Assembly: GCA_964636865.1 (NCBI GenBank)
Contig: CAZWVJ010000001.1
Span: forward strand, 54,687 to 118,686
Reading direction: 5' to 3'
From: an uncultured Syntrophomonadaceae bacterium
GTDB lineage: Bacteria; Bacillota; Dethiobacteria; DTU022; PWGO01
DNA: 64,000 bases
This document shows, in pieces, positions 54,860 to 63,474 of this stretch. Position 1 is the stretch's first letter, and each line of letters starts with the position of its first letter. The notes under the pieces were generated by a model, which was not told the origin of the DNA, did not search any database, and worked only from the letters and a program-made list of their open reading frames with translations. The position numbers were made by a program, and so were the translations under genes.

Positions 54860-54980
54860 GTAAATTGTCGCTTAAATTTAAGGCACGTCATAATTTTTAT
54901 TAATGTGTCACGAAATTATGGGTTTTAATTTAAGGGACTATCTTCATTTTTATTTCTATTGATGGAATTTAGGCATAGGA

Positions 54981-55757
54981 TTATTTACGCTCTTCAGACA
55001 CCCTGCTGAGCAACTCCCGCTTTTTTGACCTTTTGGAGCTTTCGTAGTGTTGCTCAATTTCTTTGGTAATGACAGTGGAAAAGTCGTGGGTTTCAAGCTC
55101 TTGCCGGAATTCAGTTAGAAGACTGTAAAATTTCTCATCTACGCTTTTTTCAAGCATCCTTCCTGCCTGAATATACTTGTTTGTCAGTTCGAACTTGTCC
55201 AAGGTCCCGTCTTCTTTCTGCTGTCTGTATTCTTTAATGCCCTCGTTGAATAAAATCTCCAGTCTATCCTTGGCCTGTGCTTCCAGGGACCTAAATTTCG
55301 GCTTATATTCAGCTAAAATTTCATCCTTGGCTACAGTGGAATCGTCGGGGGGCCTCGTTTCGTCCGGTTCTTCTTCTGGATCTTCTGTAGGTGGGTTTTC
55401 GTGCTCACTATCCGGTTCTTCCTCCGAATTCTCCGCAGATGTGTTTTCGCTTTTATTGTCCGGGCTGTCCTGGTTGTCTTCCTCAGGCGTTTTTTTCGGT
55501 GAGCTGTCCGAATCGCCCCAATCGGCATCCATATCAAGGGTGAGAGGCCGTTCCGGGTCATGAGTGAAAGGCTTATCCAGGTCGAAGTGGTAAAAAAAAT
55601 CTTCACCAAATTGCTCTAAAAGCTGAGTTTCCGTCTCGCGGTCTTCAGCAAAAAGGGCATTGTAGAACCACAACCCTGAACCGGCCAGGATAACAGCTAA
55701 CAGGATAAAGACAACCGGCAGTAAATTTTTGGGTAATATTTTAAGCATTTTAACCAC
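54981..55757 (-). CDS. membrane-anchored acidic protein (unknown function)
   Basis: N-terminal TM, then an Asp/Glu/Ser/Pro-rich low-complexity region and a helical C-terminal half; G+C-rich codon usage; directly downstream of the LCP gene on the same strand. Confidence 0.5.
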   Translation of the reverse strand: MVKMLKILPKNLLPVVFILLAVILAGSGLWFYNALFAEDRETETQLLEQFGEDFFYHFDLDKPFTHDPERPLTLDMDADWGDSDSSPKKTPEEDNQDSPDNKSENTSAENSEEEPDSEHENPPTEDPEEEPDETRPPDDSTVAKDEILAEYKPKFRSLEAQAKDRLEILFNEGIKEYRQQKEDGTLDKFELTNKYIQAGRMLEKSVDEKFYSLLTEFRQELETHDFSTVITKEIEQHYESSKRSKKRELLSRVSEERK

Positions 55758-55843
55758 TCGTTTAAGTAGGCCTCAAGGGCCTTTATTGGTCCGAATTAGC
55801 CTGCTTCTCTTATTTGCTCGTGTGTTCTCGGAAGGAGCCCTTA

Positions 55844-57631
55844 CTATCTCTCTAAAGCAGTGTCGGAGACTGCAGCGGGGCCTCCCAAGATATAAAGCAG
55901 GGTATCGCCATCTGCGATGCTGTGGTAGTAATTCTCCACAACTTCCGGCAATTGGTCTTTTTGAGCGTAGAGAATCGGGGCTTCCAGCGTCGCCCCCAGG
56001 TAACCGCCTGACAAGGCGTCAACCAGTGTCAGGCCATTACCTAATAGAACCTGTTGCGGATCTGGATCGCTGAAAAACTTCTGGGCCACGTTTACGCTGG
56101 TTTCGAAACGGTCTGAGCCCCGAAGCCTTTCCACCTTGCCGTCAACAAGCTGTTCCAAATCAGTCTCAACGGTTTCGTCGACCACTGCTTCTCCGCCGAC
56201 GATGATCAGGTCATCGATACCCAAATCGTTAATTGCTTCTTTTGTTACCATCGGGACGCTGTTGTCGGCAACCAACATAATCGGGTAACTTCTCCCGGCA
56301 GCAACCGGCCCTGCCACCAGTGAATCAGCCATGGCCGTTCCGCTGACGATGAAAGCCGTATTGGGAAAATTGCTCCCCAGCCTATCGGCTGTCAATTGTG
56401 CCATTTCGACAGCCGTGCTGTAGCGGTCATCTCCCGAGACCCTGCCGACCGTGAAGCCTGCCTCTTCCAATTTTTCTTTTACCGAATCAGATACAGCCGA
56501 TGTTCCTCCTAGGATCTCCACTTCTGCCACCTCCAGATCTAAGAGGGCTTCAGCAGTAGCTTCAGGCAAAGCATCGGAGCCGGTTAGCAAAAGTGGTGCT
56601 TCTAGAGCGCCGGCAAGCGCGCTGCTACCAAGTCCGTCGACGAAAACGTCGCCTCGAGCTATCAGCGCCGTATTTGCGCCTTCGGGATAAGCATGAGACG
56701 CGATATGCGCTGCCGTTTCGTAACGATTTTCACCGGCAAGGCGGATCCATGGCTGCTTCAAGCCCAGATCAGCAAGAATTTCAGTAGTTTCTTTCTGATC
56801 CAGGTAATAGTAACCCGGCATAGGGTCTATTTCATACTCGCCGGGTAGAACAAACGCAGGGATCTCCTCAGGATCCTGATCGTACAAGATATTGCCCACT
56901 TCAGCTATGTCCCAATCACTCATGCTGGTAAACAAGTTTGTTCCCAACATCTCGTAATAGATATCATATAATTCTTCTTCAGGCAGAGTTTTTAGCTGAT
57001 GCATAAGAGCATTGAGCATGCGCTGGTTTCGACGTACGCGGTCTCCATCAGAGTGATCCGAACCTTCTTCGGGCACCCGAGGTTGGCGGTGCGTAACGTA
57101 AGTATGGGCCTGGTCCCCGTCCAGTCGGTTTAAGCCGTAGGGCAGGTCGGTCACCTCGGCTAGTCCCTCACATACATATATCTCCACACCGCCGATAAGC
57201 TCCACGAATTCGGGGAAGCCTTCCTCTTTGAGGGTAATGTAATGGTGCAGGGGAATATCTAACAGCTCTTCTACTGTTTCCTTTGTGAATAGTCCCGCCT
57301 CGTTATAATCGTAATCGTTGTTTGTTAAACCATAATGATGGGCAAAAGCCAAATGATATTCGTCGGGCTCGGATGACCAGGTTTGAAAATCAACGTAGGT
57401 GCTTCTCGAAACAGAAATAACCGAGCTTTCAAAGGTGGTATTATCGAAAGAAAAGATCATCACGGTGTCGGCCATCGCCCTACCTTCATCCACCCCCAAG
57501 AGCAGGATATTTGTGTGCGAATCGCTGTAGGACGAGGCTGCAGTATGCTCGTGACTGTTGGAGCCGGTTATCAGGAAAAGGGCTGCCAAAAGAAATAACA
57601 GCAGCACTGAAAGCGATTTTTTTAAACCCAT
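55844..57631 (-). CDS. LytR-CpsA-Psr (LCP) family protein with three C-terminal CWB2 cell-wall-binding repeats
   Basis: Signal/TM MGLKKSLSVLLLFLLAALF. LCP core ILLLGVDEGRAMADTVMIF. Repeats carrying GENRYETAAHIA, GDDRYSTAVEMA, GSDRFETSVNVA. ATG 57631 after AAGGGAGA, so the track ORF is trimmed from 57715. Confidence 0.75.
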   Translation of the reverse strand: MGLKKSLSVLLLFLLAALFLITGSNSHEHTAASSYSDSHTNILLLGVDEGRAMADTVMIFSFDNTTFESSVISVSRSTYVDFQTWSSEPDEYHLAFAHHYGLTNNDYDYNEAGLFTKETVEELLDIPLHHYITLKEEGFPEFVELIGGVEIYVCEGLAEVTDLPYGLNRLDGDQAHTYVTHRQPRVPEEGSDHSDGDRVRRNQRMLNALMHQLKTLPEEELYDIYYEMLGTNLFTSMSDWDIAEVGNILYDQDPEEIPAFVLPGEYEIDPMPGYYYLDQKETTEILADLGLKQPWIRLAGENRYETAAHIASHAYPEGANTALIARGDVFVDGLGSSALAGALEAPLLLTGSDALPEATAEALLDLEVAEVEILGGTSAVSDSVKEKLEEAGFTVGRVSGDDRYSTAVEMAQLTADRLGSNFPNTAFIVSGTAMADSLVAGPVAAGRSYPIMLVADNSVPMVTKEAINDLGIDDLIIVGGEAVVDETVETDLEQLVDGKVERLRGSDRFETSVNVAQKFFSDPDPQQVLLGNGLTLVDALSGGYLGATLEAPILYAQKDQLPEVVENYYHSIADGDTLLYILGGPAAVSDTALER

Positions 57632-57745
57632 TATTATTTCTCCCTTCTTGCTTCTAAATGATTTTTCAGCTTTATCATATTCCCCCAAACCCTCACTCTC
57701 TGATATCCTCAGCATTCGATTTGGGAATACTTGTTTTTTCCTGTG

Positions 57746-57793
57746 AAAAAAGGCTTAACTGTTGTTTTTTTGATATCTGTTAAGCCTTTTTAT
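57746..57793 (-). terminator. terminator between the CWB2-only gene and the LCP-CWB2 gene
   Basis: 13-bp inverted repeat AAAAAGGCTTAAC ... GTTAAGCCTTTTT with flanking A/T runs (bidirectional type). Confidence 0.6.
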
Positions 57794-57865
57794 TCCGCAC
57801 ATCTTAATGTGGTTGACACATGTGAAACCGTCTGTTTAGCCTTGAATGCCTATACAATGCCGGGC

Positions 57866-58891
57866 TTAAGGGCTCAAATCAGGATGCAAGCCTATATAGA
57901 TGGCTTCTTCGCAGTCTTCACTCACGGCAGCCGTTCCACCCAAGATGTAAGCCATGGTATCTTGGGTAACAATGGTATAAAAGTATTTAAGTGCAACGGA
58001 AGCTTCATGGCAGTATAGAATGGGTGCATCCAACATTCCTCCCAGGTAGCTGCCCGCCATGGCATCAACTAGGTTTTCATCTAATCCGCTGGCAAATATC
58101 ACCGTCTCGGGAGGGTGAAAGTACTCTTTGGCAACCTCGACGCTGGTCTCAAGGCGATTTTCTCCATATACCCTTTCTGTGTCGGGGAGTTTTTCCTCGA
58201 CCTTTTCACTAACTACGGCGGTTCCGCCGATAATTGTAGTTTTGGTAAGTTCCAGTTCATCCATCACTTCGTTTGTTTCTTCAGGTACCCGGTCCGGGTG
58301 TACAAGCAGGATGGGTTTTCCACTCGCGGATGCATAGGAACCGATCGTAAGAGCGTCAGGAATAACAGTCCCGCTGACAACAAAAGCTTCATCGCCAAAA
58401 TTCTCGTCGAGTTCAACGGCCACCCCCCGGGCAATTTCCGCCGCTGTTTCAAAACGATTATCGCCCTCGTATCTACTTACATCCATTTCAAAATCTTCAT
58501 CCAGCCTTTCAAACACCGGTTGCCAAACAGCGGCTTCCCCACCGAGAATGACCGCGTTTGCTGCTCCGAGTTCAGTGATTGCTTCTTCAGTTCTTTCAGG
58601 CAGGTATTCGGGCATGGTCAGCAGGATCGGCGCATCAAGCACTCCGGCCAGGGTGCTTCCGGCAAGGGCATCAAACAGCACATCGCCCCGCGCAATAATT
58701 ACCGTATCAGCTTGATCATATGCATAAAGCGAAATTTCCTTGGCCGTGTCAAAGCGGTCTTCTCCTTCCAGGCGCTCTAGCCTTTCATCAACATCAACAT
58801 AACTGGCTACGGCAGCCCCGATATATGCAGAATTAACAATGGCTATAACCACCAGGATCAATAAAAACTGAAAACTTTTTTTGTTCTTCAA
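57866..58891 (-). CDS. secreted protein of three CWB2 cell-wall-binding repeats only
   Basis: Signal peptide then repeats with GEDRFDTAKEIS, GDNRFETAAEIA, GENRLETSVEVA. TTG 58891 is 9 nt after GGAGG (track start GTG 58900 abuts the RBS). Confidence 0.7.
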   Translation of the reverse strand: MKNKKSFQFLLILVVIAIVNSAYIGAAVASYVDVDERLERLEGEDRFDTAKEISLYAYDQADTVIIARGDVLFDALAGSTLAGVLDAPILLTMPEYLPERTEEAITELGAANAVILGGEAAVWQPVFERLDEDFEMDVSRYEGDNRFETAAEIARGVAVELDENFGDEAFVVSGTVIPDALTIGSYASASGKPILLVHPDRVPEETNEVMDELELTKTTIIGGTAVVSEKVEEKLPDTERVYGENRLETSVEVAKEYFHPPETVIFASGLDENLVDAMAGSYLGGMLDAPILYCHEASVALKYFYTIVTQDTMAYILGGTAAVSEDCEEAIYIGLHPDLSP

Positions 58892-59140
58892 TTTCCTCAC
58901 CCTCCAATAATAGATTTATTAATTGATCTGCACAAGTTTAAGTAAAAAGACAATTCTCTTAAGTGGGTTGTTACAAGCATACCACATCCCTTTTAAAAAA
59001 TATATAAAAATAATAATTGCCGCCCTTGATGTTGTGTAAAGCTATGATTATTTGTAAATAAAATTGCTTCTATAAACATGCCTAAAAATCCTGCTAAATT
59101 TCAAAACTCAAAATTTTGGGAAAAATTAGGGCAAATTTCA

Positions 59141-59202
59141 ATAATTCTTAATGTGTTCTCAAATTATTATCATCCTTAAATTTTTAATAATTCTTAATGT
59201 GT
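59141..59202. repeat. two exact 16-bp direct repeats ATAATTCTTAATGTGT (59141-59156 and 59187-59202) in the divergent promoter region between the CWB2 gene and dedA
   Basis: Exact copies 46 bp apart; each contains the TTAATGTGT core of the motif family. Confidence 0.65.
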
Positions 59203-59262
59203 CCCCATGTTATCAGTAATATATGTTATACTGTAATAAAGAAAAGTGGCAAATAAGGAGAG

Positions 59263-59763
59263 TTGCACAGGTTGGACACCCCTGAATTTATTCTACCCAT
59301 AGCCGAAACATTTAATTATTTGACTGTTAAATATGGATTGTTGGGAATAGCTCTTTCCATGACAGCTGAAAATGTAGGTGTGCCTTTTGCATCGAGTGTT
59401 GTTGTTTTAACGGCAGGGCAATTAATAATGACGGGAGAGTTATCTTGGGCTCTGGTTATATTGCTTTCTACGGCGGGAATAGTATTAGGGAGCATAATCA
59501 GTTATTTGATAGGTTATTTTGGTAAGAATATAATAAAGCGAAAAATGAATAAGTTCAACGAATTTTTTAGCCGATATGGTAAATATTCCATATTCATGGC
59601 CCAATTGTACGGCACTAGCCGCACATTTATTTCTTTGCCTGCTGGATTGGCCCGAATGAAATTTCTTCAATTTACAATATCCACAGCGCTAGGGGGTCTG
59701 GTTTTTAGCGCAGGTTTAGTATTGTTTAGCCTTATAGTTTATCAAACTGTTGACTTTCTATAA
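59263..59763 (+). CDS. DedA/SNARE-associated family membrane protein
   Basis: 166 aa polytopic protein with the DedA pattern (GLLGIALSMTAENVGVPF ... YLIGYFG). Confidence 0.7.
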   Translation: MHRLDTPEFILPIAETFNYLTVKYGLLGIALSMTAENVGVPFASSVVVLTAGQLIMTGELSWALVILLSTAGIVLGSIISYLIGYFGKNIIKRKMNKFNEFFSRYGKYSIFMAQLYGTSRTFISLPAGLARMKFLQFTISTALGGLVFSAGLVLFSLIVYQTVDFL

Positions 59764-59780
59764 ATTCTTATAATTTTTGG

Positions 59781-59890
59781 GGACACATTAAAAATTATTG
59801 GGTTTTATGTACACATGGTTTTTTGATAATTATTCTTTTTTGCACTTCTTATGTATCCATGTTTATGACAATAAATCAAATCGAAATAGA
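59781..59890. repeat. intergenic repeat copy B: block 1 59781-59818 (GGACACATTAAAAATTATTGGGTTTTATGTACACATGG) and block 2 59861-59889 (GTTTATGACAATAAATCAAATCGAAATAG)
   Basis: Direct-orientation homologue of copy A, 5 kb away; together the two copies bracket the G+C-rich surface-protein module and dedA. Confidence 0.7.
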
Positions 59891-59945
59891 ATGCCTAATT
59901 TATAATTAGAGATACTGGATTTAATTATTAGAAGGGATGATTCAA

Positions 59946-60911
59946 ATGAAGGCTTTGGTATTTGAAGATAGACTGTCCATGAAAGATGATATGCCTAAAC
60001 CGGTTCCCGCCCAAGGAGAAGCTTTAGTGAAGGTGAGCATGGCAGGGATCTGCAAAACCGACCTGGAGATAGAAAAAGGTTATATGGGGTTTAAAGGAAT
60101 TCCCGGACATGAATTTGTAGGCGTAGTTGAAGAATCTAACGGTGGTGATCAATCTCTTCCGGGAAAAAGGGTAGTGGGAGAAATAAATTGCGGCTGCAGA
60201 GCTTGTAATTATTGTTTGCAGGGACTGGAAACCCACTGTCCGGAGCGTAATACTTTGGGAATTGACGGGAGGGACGGATGCTTTGCTGAATATCTAACTC
60301 TGCCTGTTGCTAACCTTATAGAGGTTCCCGAAAGGATCACCAACGAGGAAGCTGTTTTTACCGAGCCGGTGGCAGCAGCTTTTGAGATAATGGATCAGGT
60401 GCATATTAAACCAACTGATCAAGTTTGTATTCTTGGTGACGGTAAACTTGGTCTATTAATTGCGTTAGCCCTTAACTTGAGCCAGTCGGAGTTACTACTT
60501 GTGGGGAAATATCCTGCAAAGCTGGACATTGCTGAAAAGCAGAATATTAAAACAGCCTTGTTGGAAGAGTTATCTTCTAAAATGAAATTTGACCTGGTTG
60601 TAGATGCAACTGGAAGTGTAGATGGTTTCGAACTGGCTCGAAAAGTGGTAAAACCCCGAGGCAAGATTATTTTGAAGAGCACTGTGGCTGGGAATAAAGA
60701 ACTTAACCTTACACCCCTGGTTCTTGATGAAATAACCCTGGTTGGCAGCAGGTGCGGTGCATTTAATCCTGCCCTCAGAGCACTGGATAGAAAAATGTTT
60801 AATGTTAGACCGCTGATCTCCGGAATTTATTCTCTGGAAAAAATCCTTGAAGCTTATGAAGCAAGCAAAAGAAAAGATGCCTTAAAGGTTCTTATTGATT
60901 TTACCCTTTAA
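59946..60911 (+). CDS. zinc-dependent alcohol dehydrogenase (MDR family, threonine/sorbitol-dehydrogenase-like)
   Basis: GHEFVG catalytic Zn motif; structural Zn Cys cluster GCRACNYCLQGLETHC; Rossmann GDGKLG; ATG 59946 after AAGGGA. Confidence 0.8.
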   Translation: MKALVFEDRLSMKDDMPKPVPAQGEALVKVSMAGICKTDLEIEKGYMGFKGIPGHEFVGVVEESNGGDQSLPGKRVVGEINCGCRACNYCLQGLETHCPERNTLGIDGRDGCFAEYLTLPVANLIEVPERITNEEAVFTEPVAAAFEIMDQVHIKPTDQVCILGDGKLGLLIALALNLSQSELLLVGKYPAKLDIAEKQNIKTALLEELSSKMKFDLVVDATGSVDGFELARKVVKPRGKIILKSTVAGNKELNLTPLVLDEITLVGSRCGAFNPALRALDRKMFNVRPLISGIYSLEKILEAYEASKRKDALKVLIDFTL

Positions 60912-61060
60912 TTTCCATTAACGGAAGAAATAAAAATATCTTATAGGTAAAATACTGAAAAGCTAGAAAGTAGACAAACTATATATTTACGTTAGTTTGC
61001 CTTTACTGATTATTTCATTCACAAAATATCTCATAAAAAAACCCGATAAACTTGCTTGTT

Positions 61061-62308
61061 TTAAACTGATTTTTCTCTTAAAGTTTCCATAAAGGCATCT
61101 ATCCGGTTTTCTATTTGTCCCTCGCTGAAGTTCCGCTCATCTACCATGTCAGCTTCAAAAATGAGGACAGGAACTCCTATTTCTTTGGTAATTATCCTGC
61201 TCAGGTCATATTGCCCTAAAGAATAAGGCTTACAGCTTCGGTTTGAATGCATGACAATTCCGTCGGCATCATATTTTTCCGTTAAGTTTTTAAAATTCTC
61301 TACCATTTTATCAATGGAAACATTTAAATACACACTGGAATATGCGATGGCAGCTGATTCCAGGAAGTTATCTTCATCAATTAAATGAAAACACCCACTC
61401 CAAGCTGCGGTATATGTATCTGCTACCAGGCTTGCTCCATGGGAAGAGAACTTTTCCGAAAACCATTTTGTTCTGTACCAAACCGGCAAATTGTCCCATA
61501 AAAGCCGGTAGCGTTCATTGGGAACCATGCCTATTCCGGCTTCGATCCTTTCATTCATTTCATCAAGTAAGTTTTGGTAGTAGTCTACGGCCTGTTGAGT
61601 TCCTCTTAGAGTAACTATAAGGGCAAGGTGAAAAAAAGCGTCGAAAGCCGTCATAGGCGCAGGCTTTGTCATGGATGTATCAAGAACTTTTTGCCATAAT
61701 TTTTGCGCCTCTAAGGAACGTTGGGCTACCTCATATAATTTGTCTTCTTCCATCGGCTTCTCACATACTTTTTCTAAAAAAGAAATATAATTATTCATCT
61801 GGGTAGAAACATAACGCTTTGATTCTTCGGACATTGTTCTATGAGTAAACGGGGTGTCTAGGATAAACAGCGGTACATTATAATTTCTAGCTTGTATTTC
61901 GTACCACTTGAGCACAGTGCCGCATATGTTGTTGCAGCATACTAGAAAATCCGGATCGGGTAGACCGCCGATAGGCCCACCGTTGGTAGCTGAAGCGCCA
62001 ATGTCTGACCTGGCGTAAGAACAAAGGTCTCTGGAATAGCCCATTTCTTCGGCTTTGCTACATAAATCAACGCCCATTTTTGAAGCACCAATCATTGCCC
62101 CGTGGTTCTCCGGATACACGGGGATCACATCCATGGCTATTAGGGGTTCCACCGGTCCTCCACTGGTAATCCAGGCCACTTTTTTATTGTTTATAGAGGC
62201 ATTTTTGGCAGTAACATAATATTCAGTCATTATTTCTTTCATTTGTTTGACCGTTTTTATCTTTTTTCTTTCTTTTTCAGCATCTTTGTTGGGATCTTTC
62301 TCAGTCAT
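61061..62308 (-). CDS. 2-hydroxyacyl-CoA dehydratase / benzoyl-CoA reductase family subunit (HgdA/HgdB-like)
   Basis: 415 aa; BcrC/BadD/HgdB-superfamily pattern with conserved Cys (CSKAEEMGYSRDLCSYAR); paired with the upstream paralogue. Confidence 0.7.
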   Translation of the reverse strand: MTEKDPNKDAEKERKKIKTVKQMKEIMTEYYVTAKNASINNKKVAWITSGGPVEPLIAMDVIPVYPENHGAMIGASKMGVDLCSKAEEMGYSRDLCSYARSDIGASATNGGPIGGLPDPDFLVCCNNICGTVLKWYEIQARNYNVPLFILDTPFTHRTMSEESKRYVSTQMNNYISFLEKVCEKPMEEDKLYEVAQRSLEAQKLWQKVLDTSMTKPAPMTAFDAFFHLALIVTLRGTQQAVDYYQNLLDEMNERIEAGIGMVPNERYRLLWDNLPVWYRTKWFSEKFSSHGASLVADTYTAAWSGCFHLIDEDNFLESAAIAYSSVYLNVSIDKMVENFKNLTEKYDADGIVMHSNRSCKPYSLGQYDLSRIITKEIGVPVLIFEADMVDERNFSEGQIENRIDAFMETLREKSV

Positions 62309-62343
62309 TTTTAACCTCCATAATGAATTAATTTAAAATAGAT

Positions 62344-63474
62344 TTAGTTACTATTAAGCATTTCAACAAAAGTTTCTAACCGTGTTCGAACAGTTTCACC
62401 GGCTTTAGTTGGCTCTTCTATTTCAAGAAATAAAGAGGGGATGTTTTCTTGATCAAGATGTTCCTTTATATAAGGATAATCAAAAGAGTGAGGGTCACAA
62501 AATTTAAGCTGTAATATAATTATCCCTTGAGGTTTATGTTCCTTGATGAGAGCATTAAGATTTTCATAACGAGATTTTGTTCCCCTGTGTTTTGCCGGGC
62601 ATTCCATGCGCTCAAAATACCGTTTGGTAATTGATTCCATGGGGGAAATATTTTCGTCAAGGTTTCCGGTGAAGGATCTATAACCGGAACAAAGGTCATC
62701 CCACATAACGTAGGCTCCTGCTTCTTCGAGAATAGAATATATGTCAGGATGGTCGCAAATACCGCCGGTCATAATTATGCCCACAGGGGCTTTTGCAGGT
62801 GGGGAATCCGTGTCTTTTTTGAGTTCAAGGATAAAGTCTTCAAGCTGAGATGCGAATTCTTCCCGATCCATGGTCATGGAGGCACGTAACACATAATAAA
62901 TGTCTTCACCGCTAATTAGATATGGCTTTTCTTTTCTGATTTCATAGAGTTCTTTTAGCTTGTTGCGTAGCTTGTTAAAAGTTTTTATGGACTCAGAAAG
63001 ATCTGTATCACTTATATGTTCTCCCAGGGCTTTGCCGAGTTCATTCCTAAATCGTTCTAAAACAGCATACATGTAATCACGGGATTCGGGCGTATTAAGT
63101 TTAACGGGATGGACAACGTCAAAATGAAAACTCATGTCGGCATTAAGCCGCCATATATCTGAAAGGCGTTGAATTGAGTCGCAGGTATGGGGAAAGACCA
63201 TACCATCGAGAAAATTCAGGTCTCCTTCCAATGCTTCTCCCAGCGCGCTTCTTACCAGGGAGCATGAATAAGCCTGGAGGTGGTGATCTGCACTGCTTGC
63301 CCGATTTGCATTACCAAAAATACGATAGGGCATCACCCCTGCTGCGTGGATGATTTCTTCGGGAGTATATGTACATAAATAGCCCAAAACTTTTTTATCG
63401 TTTTGGTTCTTCCACTCGGATATTTTTTGGGCGGGGTTTACTGCTTGTTCTTTAAAAGGATTGCTATTATGCAT
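62344..63474 (-). CDS. 2-hydroxyacyl-CoA dehydratase / benzoyl-CoA reductase family subunit (HgdA/HgdB-like)
   Basis: 376 aa paralogue of the adjacent subunit (LGYLCTYTPEEIIHAAGVMPY...); Cys ligands present. Confidence 0.7.
   Translation of the reverse strand: MHNSNPFKEQAVNPAQKISEWKNQNDKKVLGYLCTYTPEEIIHAAGVMPYRIFGNANRASSADHHLQAYSCSLVRSALGEALEGDLNFLDGMVFPHTCDSIQRLSDIWRLNADMSFHFDVVHPVKLNTPESRDYMYAVLERFRNELGKALGEHISDTDLSESIKTFNKLRNKLKELYEIRKEKPYLISGEDIYYVLRASMTMDREEFASQLEDFILELKKDTDSPPAKAPVGIIMTGGICDHPDIYSILEEAGAYVMWDDLCSGYRSFTGNLDENISPMESITKRYFERMECPAKHRGTKSRYENLNALIKEHKPQGIIILQLKFCDPHSFDYPYIKEHLDQENIPSLFLEIEEPTKAGETVRTRLETFVEMLNSN

Noticed and set aside
55177-58780. Multiple long antisense ORFs (for example 55177..55563, 56451..56690, 58115..58780) in the G+C-rich segment
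   Set aside because: High G+C suppresses stop codons in all frames. Each overlaps CWB2, LCP or acidic-protein genes that have recognisable domain repeats
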